57,669 nt of DNA from an uncultured Clostridium sp. (lineage in GTDB: Bacteria; Bacillota; Clostridia; TANB77; CAG-465). Numbering within the stretch: the stretch's first letter is position 1; every line of letters starts with the position of its first letter. Shown here piece by piece: positions 50,759-57,669 of this stretch. The position numbers were made by a program, and so were the translations under genes. The stretch spans positions 1 to 57,669 of the forward strand of contig CAOKPF010000005.1 in assembly GCA_948470565.1 (NCBI GenBank), written 5' to 3'. The notes beneath the pieces are model-generated. The model was not told the DNA's origin. It did no database searches and worked only from the letters and a program-made list of their open reading frames with translations.

Positions 50759-51496
50759 ATGGAATTTGTTGCCAAAACAGATGTTGGACAAAAAAGAAGT
50801 AATAACGAGGATAATTACTATATAAAAAAATATAGTGAAAGACTAGCAGTTGTAATTGTTGCTGATGGACTTGGTGGCTATGAGAGTGGAGAGGTAGCAA
50901 GTAAGATGCTAGTTGACAATTTTGCGCAAAATATAGAAAAGGATATAGATAAAATTAGTTGTATGCTTGAGCAAGATGTAATAGATTATTTAAATAAGTT
51001 ATTAACAGATACTAATAATTTAATATATGATTTAGAAAAAACAGATGAAAAGTATAAAGGTATGGGAACCACTGTTGTTTTTTTTCTATCTATAAAAGAA
51101 AAAATATATTATTTTTCGGTTGGTGATAGTAGAATTTATTATATAGATGAATCTATGAATAGCATTAGACAGATAACTGAAGATGATACATATGTAAATG
51201 AATTGTTAAAAACTAATGTTATAGATAAAGTTGAGGCTGCAAATCATCCTAAAAAGCATATGTTAACTAAAGCAATAGGTGTATTTAAAAATGTAAGTAC
51301 AAGTATATTTGTGGAAAATAAAATGTCAGGATATTTATTACTTTGTTCAGATGGATTATATAATATGGTAAAAACAGAAGATATACTTGAAATTTTAAAA
51401 AATAATGAGTTTGCAGATATTGCTAATAAATTAATTATAAAAGCAAATAACAATGGTGGTATTGATAATATAACTGTTGTTGCTATAAAGTTGTAA
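50759..51496 (+). CDS. prpC: PP2C-family Ser/Thr protein phosphatase (Stp/PrpC)
   Basis: TDVGQKRSNNED, VADGLGG, GMGTT and DNITVV. Confidence 0.9.
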   Translation: MEFVAKTDVGQKRSNNEDNYYIKKYSERLAVVIVADGLGGYESGEVASKMLVDNFAQNIEKDIDKISCMLEQDVIDYLNKLLTDTNNLIYDLEKTDEKYKGMGTTVVFFLSIKEKIYYFSVGDSRIYYIDESMNSIRQITEDDTYVNELLKTNVIDKVEAANHPKKHMLTKAIGVFKNVSTSIFVENKMSGYLLLCSDGLYNMVKTEDILEILKNNEFADIANKLIIKANNNGGIDNITVVAIKL

Positions 51497-51508
51497 TAGG
51501 AGGCAAGT

Positions 51509-53560
51509 ATGGAATTAATTGGTAGGGTACTTGGAAATAGGTACGAAATACTTGAAAAAATAGGTGAAGGTGGTATGGCAACTGTGTATAAGGCTAGATG
51601 TAACCTTTTAAATAGATTTGTAGCAATAAAAATATTAAAAAAAGAATATGCAAATGATGATACTTTTGTAAATAGATTTAGGGTCGAAGCTCAATCAGCG
51701 GCTGCACTAACTCATCCTAATATTGTGTCTGTATATGATGTTGGTCAAGAAGTAGATAAAATGACAGGTGAGATAATAAACTATATTGTAATGGAACTTT
51801 TAGAAAACAAAACACTAAAAGATTATATAGAAAAGCATGGTGCATTATCTAGTGAGGAAACATTAAAAATATCAGCTCAAGTTGTATCAGCTTTAGAAGC
51901 AGCACATAGGGCACATATAATTCATAGAGATATAAAACCACAAAATATAATTTTGAATAGAAATATGGTTGCAAAAGTTACTGATTTTGGAATTGCAAAG
52001 ATAACTAATACAACTAGCAGTACTATAACAAGTTTTGGAAGTACAATGGGTTCAGTACATTATTTTTCTCCTGAACATGCAAAGGGTGGATATACAGATG
52101 AGAAATCTGATATATATTCTTTAGGTGTAGTAATGTATGAAATGGCAACAGGGAAAATTCCATTTGATGCAGATACGCCAGTGTCAGTAGCATTAAAACA
52201 TATACAGGAAGAACCAGTTTATCCAATAATTGTAAATCCTAGAGTGACAGCACCTTTAAACCAAATTATATTAAAAGCTATGGCAAAAAACACTAGTGAT
52301 AGATACAAAAGCGCTAGTGAAATGTTAATTGATATATCAAAGGCACTTTCTTCACCTAATTCAATTATACCAACTGCACCAAGTTCGGTTGAGGCAGGAG
52401 CTACTCAGGTTATACCAACTATAGAGATTGATGAGGATTACAAAGTACCAAATTTGAGGACAAGAGAGCCTAGTAGTATAGAAGTAAATAATAGTAGATC
52501 TAGTAATAAAGATGAAAAAAATAATAGCGAAAAAGAAAATGAAAAAAGTGCAGAGGAAAAAGCAGTTAATAGAAAAAATCAGAAAAAGAAGAAAAGAATT
52601 GTAATTATATCAATAATAGTTATAATATTAATATTAGCATTGATTATTTCTTTTGCTAGTATAAAAATATATAATAAAATACAATCAGATACAAATACTA
52701 GTTCAGATGAAATAGAGGTGCCAGATTTGGTCGGAAAACCGTTTGAAGATATGGTAAATGAGTATTCTGAAAAAGGAATAAAAATAGTTCAAAAGAAGCT
52801 TGAATATAATTCTGAACAAGCAGAAGGATATATAATATCCCAAACTCCAGAAGCAAATGAGAAAACCAAAAATAAAGAAATAAGTGTAGTTGTTAGTAGA
52901 GGAACTAGAATGGCAACTGTTAGTAATGTTGTTGGAAAAGATATTAAAGTTGTAAAATACGAATTAGAGGATACACTAGGATTTAAAGTTGAAGTAGAAG
53001 AGGTTATAAATGATAAAGTAAATGCAGGTTTAGTTATATCACAATCGCCAACTGGTAATTCATCAGTTGAATATGGAAGTACTGTTAAATTAACAGTAAG
53101 TAAAGGTGATGGAAAAGCAACAGTTCTTATGCCTAATGCGCTTGGAAAAAAAGAAGCTGATGCAAAGTCTATGCTTGAAGAAAAAGGACTTACAGTTAGT
53201 GTAAAATATAGCGAAGATAGTACAAAGCAAAATGGTGTTGTTATATCACAAAATTATCCTGAAAATCAAGAATTAAAAGAGGGTGATTTAGTTCAAATAA
53301 CAGTGAATAAATTACAATTATCAAAGACAGTTTCTTTAGACTTATTAGAATTGCAAGGTGGAAGTCCACTGGAAAATATGGAAGAAATAACTGTTAAGGT
53401 AACAGCAAGTATAGATGGAGGAGCATATAATAGTGTGTTTGATAAGACTTTTGAAACTACTGATACTAAAGCTTCATTTACACTTAATGGATATACATCA
53501 GCAGCTTTAAAAATATATTTGAATGGTACGCTTGTAAAAGAGCAAAATGTTGATTTTTGA
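51509..53560 (+). CDS. prkC: Ser/Thr protein kinase with extracellular PASTA repeats (PrkC/Stk1)
   Basis: GEGGMATVYKA, HRDIKPQN and DFGIA, then a TM segment and three PASTA-like repeats. Confidence 0.9.
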   Translation: MELIGRVLGNRYEILEKIGEGGMATVYKARCNLLNRFVAIKILKKEYANDDTFVNRFRVEAQSAAALTHPNIVSVYDVGQEVDKMTGEIINYIVMELLENKTLKDYIEKHGALSSEETLKISAQVVSALEAAHRAHIIHRDIKPQNIILNRNMVAKVTDFGIAKITNTTSSTITSFGSTMGSVHYFSPEHAKGGYTDEKSDIYSLGVVMYEMATGKIPFDADTPVSVALKHIQEEPVYPIIVNPRVTAPLNQIILKAMAKNTSDRYKSASEMLIDISKALSSPNSIIPTAPSSVEAGATQVIPTIEIDEDYKVPNLRTREPSSIEVNNSRSSNKDEKNNSEKENEKSAEEKAVNRKNQKKKKRIVIISIIVIILILALIISFASIKIYNKIQSDTNTSSDEIEVPDLVGKPFEDMVNEYSEKGIKIVQKKLEYNSEQAEGYIISQTPEANEKTKNKEISVVVSRGTRMATVSNVVGKDIKVVKYELEDTLGFKVEVEEVINDKVNAGLVISQSPTGNSSVEYGSTVKLTVSKGDGKATVLMPNALGKKEADAKSMLEEKGLTVSVKYSEDSTKQNGVVISQNYPENQELKEGDLVQITVNKLQLSKTVSLDLLELQGGSPLENMEEITVKVTASIDGGAYNSVFDKTFETTDTKASFTLNGYTSAALKIYLNGTLVKEQNVDF

Positions 53561-53608
53561 TAAGTTATAAAAATAGGTTAAATTGTATATTGCTTGAGCT
53601 AAATTAGT

Positions 53609-53648
53609 AAAAAACATTAAATTTACATATGTACTTTTAATGTTTTTT
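53609..53648. terminator. Palindromic hairpin element, copy C (compensatory stem changes, conserved loop)
   Basis: AAAAAACATTAAATTTACATATGTACTTTTAATGTTTTTT. Confidence 0.75.
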
Positions 53649-53690
53649 ACTTTTTCTTAAATTTTCTTATTTATTACTATTTTTATACTT

Positions 53691-53825
53691 TCATTTTCTT
53701 TTTTTAGTCTTTAGTTTTTTGCATAATTCTTTTTTCTTTAAATCATCTATAAGTACGCTATTTTTCTTATCTAATAGTTCTTTTGATTTTGTAGAAGTTG
53801 AATTCTTTAGTTCTTCTTTTTTCAT
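53691..53825 (-). CDS. Small Lys-rich protein, 44 aa (below the ORF-track cutoff)
   Basis: MKKEELKNSTSTKSKELLDKKNSVLIDDLKKKELCKKLKTKKRK. It has an AAGGGAGGG RBS, a TTGAAA-17-TGcTATACT promoter (53875-53903) and the hairpin C terminator. Confidence 0.5.
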   Translation of the reverse strand: MKKEELKNSTSTKSKELLDKKNSVLIDDLKKKELCKKLKTKKRK

Positions 53826-53949
53826 ATGCTTACCCTCCCTTTAAATCTAAATTGGATTTTAAAACTTTCTTTGAAGTATAGCATATTATTAATATATTTT
53901 CAATGGAAAATTACATTTTTACAAGAGTGAATTAAAAAAATTTTACTAT

Positions 53950-53978
53950 TTGACAAAATAAGTATTATCTGTTACAAT
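53950..53978 (+). promoter_or_regulatory. Promoter of the Thg1-like gene
   Basis: TTGACA, 17-nt spacer, TACAAT. Confidence 0.5.
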
Positions 53979-54108
53979 ATATACACATGTAATTTATGTA
54001 TTGGAACATATCCACGAATGTATATTATAGAACTATTTTAAATAGTTATTACATGTGTTAGTAGGAAAATTTATTTTCCTACTTAATTTGAATAAGGTGG
54101 TATTATTT

Positions 54109-54816
54109 ATGTGGAATAATTATTTTTTTGAGATACAGAAAAAGTATAATATGAGAATTAGTAAAAGTAATCCATTTGTAGTTAGGTTTGATGGTAAAGA
54201 TGTAACTAAGGATAGTGATATTAATTTGCTATATACATATAAAGGGAGTATGTTAGAGGCTCTTGATGTAACATCATGGTACTTTTCAAAAAAATATCAT
54301 TGTTATGTTATTTATGGTTCTGATGAAATAAGTTTTATTGTACCAGATCCACAAATTATTATTGATGATTGTTCTTCAGATAATTCAGATTATTCTAATG
54401 AAATAATAGCCTTAATTTCGCAGTATTTTTTTGATTATTTTAATAGTATGTATAATGGAAAAAAATTGTTTTGGCATGGAAAATGTTTTTCTATTCCAAA
54501 AGGAAAATTAATATCATATATAAAATACCGTTCTGGTGTTATAAAAAATGTTATGACTACGTATTTTTTAAAGAGAAAAAATATACATATGGGAAATGAA
54601 AAGATTAATGTAAAAATGGATAAATGTTTGGAGTATGATGAATTTAAAAATTTAGGTGATGCTGTGTATGGTACACTTTATTATGATGGTGAAAAGCTAG
54701 ATTTATTTGAGTTTTTAAATGGTAATGTAGTAAAAATTAATGATAAAAAAGATAATATATTAGATAGTATAGAAAATAATGATGATGAATTTAGTATAGA
54801 ATTTGTTGATTTTTAA
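54109..54816 (+). CDS. Thg1-like protein (tRNA-His guanylyltransferase family, 3'-5' nucleotidyltransferase)
   Basis: FVVRFDGKDV aligns with the eukaryotic VVVRLDGRNF, IYGSDEISFIV with GQSDEYSFVF, and WHGKCFSIP...YIKYRSG with FDGRVVVYP...YLSWRQ. The catalytic carboxylates are retained. Start at ATG 54109 after AAGGTGG. Confidence 0.72.
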   Translation: MWNNYFFEIQKKYNMRISKSNPFVVRFDGKDVTKDSDINLLYTYKGSMLEALDVTSWYFSKKYHCYVIYGSDEISFIVPDPQIIIDDCSSDNSDYSNEIIALISQYFFDYFNSMYNGKKLFWHGKCFSIPKGKLISYIKYRSGVIKNVMTTYFLKRKNIHMGNEKINVKMDKCLEYDEFKNLGDAVYGTLYYDGEKLDLFEFLNGNVVKINDKKDNILDSIENNDDEFSIEFVDF

Positions 54817-54896
54817 AATTACAATTAATATATTTTGTTAAAAGAGAAAATTTTGTTATTAAATAATTATTATTTAATTTTGAAAGGGGAAAGAAA

Positions 54897-55391
54897 GTGC
54901 GAGTTGAACATGGATTTGAGCCAATTTATGATAGTAATTCTAAGGTATTAATTTTAGGAACAATGCCTTCTGTAAAATCAAGGGAATTTGGTTTTTATTA
55001 TTCACACCCAAAAAATAGATTTTGGAAAGTATTAGGAGAAATATATAATGAGAAAATAGGTGATACAGTTCAAGAGAAAATTAGTTTTTTAAAGAGGCAT
55101 TATATTGCACTTTTTGATGTATTGAAAAGTTGTGATATTCTATCTTCAAGTGATAGTTCTATAAAAAATCCAGTTCCAAATGACTTAAATGTAATTATTC
55201 AAAATTCAAATATAGAGGCAGTTTTTACTACTGGTAGAAAAGCTCAAAAATTGTATAAAAAATATTGTTTTCCTGAAACTAAAATTGAGCCAATTTATTT
55301 GCCTAGTACGTCTCCAGCTAATTGCCCTAAGGGTATAGAGGATAAGTTAAGAATTGAGTATAGTAGGATAAAAAAGTATACAGATAAATAG
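54897..55391 (+). CDS. DNA-deoxyinosine (hypoxanthine) glycosylase, UDG superfamily
   Basis: HGFEPIYDSNSKVLILGTMPS, YYSHPKNRFWKVL and ALFDVL...SSDSSI. GTG start. Confidence 0.75.
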   Translation: MRVEHGFEPIYDSNSKVLILGTMPSVKSREFGFYYSHPKNRFWKVLGEIYNEKIGDTVQEKISFLKRHYIALFDVLKSCDILSSSDSSIKNPVPNDLNVIIQNSNIEAVFTTGRKAQKLYKKYCFPETKIEPIYLPSTSPANCPKGIEDKLRIEYSRIKKYTDK

Positions 55392-55521
55392 ATTAGTATG
55401 TAATATATACTAATTTTTTTGTTTTTAATTTACATAAAAACATTGACATAATTCCAAGATTATTGTATAATATATCTGCAATTGTTTGGATCTATAAAAA
55501 ATTTTTTAAGGAGGCAATAAT

Positions 55522-57276
55522 ATGAAAAAAACAATATTTTTGTTATTAATTGTTGTATTAATGGGTGTAGGTAATTTTGGCGTTAAGCTGCTTGGTAATA
55601 ATGCATCAAAGGTAAATGAGGAAATTACATATACAGAATTTATTAGTGATATACGGTCAGGTAATGTTGAAAAAATCACTATAAATTCTGATGCGAAAGA
55701 AGCAGAAGTAAAAAGAAAGAAGGAAGATGCTAATATAAAAGTAATTATTCCTGATGATCAAGCGTTAATCGAATTTGTTCAACAAGAAATTTTATCTGGA
55801 AATGATATTGAATTAGTGAAAAAAAATAGTAAAACAGATAATATATTTAGGAACATTCTGTATGCTATTCAAATTATTGTTATAGGTGGTAGCGCTCTTA
55901 TGGTATTTTTAATACCAAGGGGAGGACTGAGTAGAAAAAATTATAAATTAAAGCCTGTAAAAAGTGATGTAACATTTAGTGATATTGCAGGACTTAAAGA
56001 AGAAAAAGAAGAGATGGAACAGATAGTTCAATTTTTAAAAGAGCCAGAGAAATTTAGTAAACTTGGTGCAAAAATACCTAGGGGAGTACTACTTTATGGA
56101 GAACCTGGTACTGGAAAAACTTTAATTGCTAAAGCTATTGCTGGTGAATCAAAAGTACCATTTTTATCAATTAGTGGTTCTGAATTTGAGGAAATGTTCG
56201 TTGGAGTTGGAGCTTCGCGTATTAGGAAAATTTTTAAAAATGCAAGAAAAGTATCTCCATGTATTATATTTATTGATGAAATAGATGCAGTTGGCTCAAA
56301 AAGAACAAATAAATCAAATGACTCAAATCAGACATTAAATCAATTATTGGTAGAAATGGATGGATTTAATACTGATGATAAAGTTGTAGTTATTGCAGCA
56401 ACTAATAGAAAAAACTCACTTGATGAAGCATTATTACGTCCTGGTAGATTTGATAGACATATCTTTTTGGGATATCCTGATTTGAAGGGAAGAGAGGATA
56501 TTTTGGCAATTCATAGCAAGGATAAAAATTTTTCTGATAGTGTTAGCCTAAAAAAAGTTGCAGAGGAAACATCTGGTTTTACAGGTGCAAAGCTTGCTAA
56601 TATATTAAATGAGGCAGCAATTATTGCTGCACTTAATTCGCATGATATTATTGGTGAAACAGACGTAGAGGAAGCGTTAAAGAAAGAGTTAGTAGGCTTA
56701 AGAAAGAATAGCAGACTAGTATCAGAAAAGGACAAAAATTTAACAGCTTATCATGAGGCAGGACATGCTATTGTGAGTAGGTATTTAAAAACACAGGAGC
56801 CTGTAAAAGAAATATCAATTATTCCAAGGGGAAAATCTGGTGGATATACAATGTATAAAACTTCAGAAGATAAAAGTTATATTTCAATTACAGAGTTGGA
56901 AGAAAGATTAATTGCTTTACTTGGAGGGAGAGCGGCAGAAAAAGTTGCATTAAATGAAATTTCAACAGGTGCAGTTAATGACATAGAAGTTGCAACTAAA
57001 ATTGCAATAGACATGGTAACTGTATATGGTATGAGTGAAAAAATTGGTAATATTTTTATAAATACTCAAGATAATTGTAACACTTTAAAAATATTAGGTA
57101 ATGAGTATTCCTCAGCTATTGGTAAAGAGATTAAAAATATACTAGATGAGGCATATGAAACTGCAAAAAAATTGTTGATTGAGCATAGAAGTGAACTTGA
57201 TATTGTTGCAAGTGAACTTTTAGCTAAAGAAACGATTAGTCATGAAGAATTTGAAGAATTATTTATAAAAAAATAA
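55522..57276 (+). CDS. ftsH: ATP-dependent zinc metalloprotease FtsH
   Basis: [18 protein letters not shown], the SRH region and the zinc site HEAGHA. Confidence 0.95.
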   Translation: MKKTIFLLLIVVLMGVGNFGVKLLGNNASKVNEEITYTEFISDIRSGNVEKITINSDAKEAEVKRKKEDANIKVIIPDDQALIEFVQQEILSGNDIELVKKNSKTDNIFRNILYAIQIIVIGGSALMVFLIPRGGLSRKNYKLKPVKSDVTFSDIAGLKEEKEEMEQIVQFLKEPEKFSKLGAKIPRGVLLYGEPGTGKTLIAKAIAGESKVPFLSISGSEFEEMFVGVGASRIRKIFKNARKVSPCIIFIDEIDAVGSKRTNKSNDSNQTLNQLLVEMDGFNTDDKVVVIAATNRKNSLDEALLRPGRFDRHIFLGYPDLKGREDILAIHSKDKNFSDSVSLKKVAEETSGFTGAKLANILNEAAIIAALNSHDIIGETDVEEALKKELVGLRKNSRLVSEKDKNLTAYHEAGHAIVSRYLKTQEPVKEISIIPRGKSGGYTMYKTSEDKSYISITELEERLIALLGGRAAEKVALNEISTGAVNDIEVATKIAIDMVTVYGMSEKIGNIFINTQDNCNTLKILGNEYSSAIGKEIKNILDEAYETAKKLLIEHRSELDIVASELLAKETISHEEFEELFIKK

Positions 57277-57307
57277 TATATTTATTATTAATGTAGCATT
57301 TTAAAAC

Positions 57308-57349
57308 AAAAAATCATTGAATTTACATATGTATCTTCAATGATTTTTT
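57308..57349. terminator. Palindromic hairpin element, copy D
   Basis: AAAAAATCATTGAATTTACATATGTATCTTCAATGATTTTTT. The core is identical to copy A. Confidence 0.8.
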
Positions 57350-57369
57350 GTTTTTGAAATGGAGTTGTT

Positions 57370-57537
57370 CTATACGGCTCTTTTTAGCTCTTTTATAGCT
57401 TTTGGAGATATTTTCTCCTTGCCGCATCGTTTGCAGTGACAAACATTATTGTATATGCTTCTAGGACTATATCTAAGAATACAGTTGCCATAGAGTTCCT
57501 TTATAGATGCCCATTCGTGTCTGCAATTATTTGTCAT
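57370..57537 (-). CDS. Small Cys-rich (zinc-ribbon-like) protein, 55 aa
   Basis: MTNNCRHEW...NNVCHCKRCGKEK, starting at the internal ATG 57537 preceded by AGAGAGG. The longer track ORF start lacks an RBS. Confidence 0.5.
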   Translation of the reverse strand: MTNNCRHEWASIKELYGNCILRYSPRSIYNNVCHCKRCGKEKISPKAIKELKRAV

Positions 57538-57669
57538 AAAATCCTCTCTTTCTGCTAGCTGTGCTAGCCAAAAAAATTTTTTAATAAAAAAATAATACAT
57601 ACATTCTATACTATTATTGTACCAAATTTCTAGCGAAAAGTCAAGTGTTATGTCAAAATTAGTGTGATT

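Overview
Very AT-rich chromosomal segment of a low-GC Firmicutes/Clostridia type. Lineage markers are spoIIM, ytfJ/gerW, an SLH-type wall protein and the rlmN-PP2C-PASTA kinase operon. Most of the window is recognisable housekeeping: ruvA, ftsY, murB, yvcK-like, ruvC, rpsB-tsf, prepilin peptidase, tmcAL, rnhA, xerD, pth, rplU-rpmA, mscS, uvrC, secDF, a MarR plus heterodimeric ABC exporter, and ftsH. No rRNA, tRNA, CRISPR array, transposase or phage block was seen. The best candidate for an undescribed module is the minus-strand block at 23.4-29.0 kb. It holds an orphan membrane-anchored TraG/VirD4-like (T4CP-type) P-loop ATPase beside a 681-aa protein made of at least 12 degenerate repeats and a 154-aa unknown, with no other conjugation genes in view. 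Other candidates are a 707-aa motif-less orphan (32.3-34.4 kb) and a Dabb-Dabb-radical SAM cluster containing a perfect 493-bp tandem duplication (39.8-41.9 kb). Also of interest is a bacterial Thg1-like 3'-5' polymerase behind a structured leader. Structure not explained by the ORF track: (1) a family of four near-identical palindromic hairpins that act as bidirectional terminators; (2) three well-signalled small genes below the ORF cutoff; (3) two disrupted genes, one with an in-frame TAG and one with a frameshift in a G5 run; (4) a small two-frame ORF pair with a TTGA overlap. All functional calls rest on motif recognition by eye, since no database search was possible. Coordinates I derived by hand counting could be off by 1 nt.
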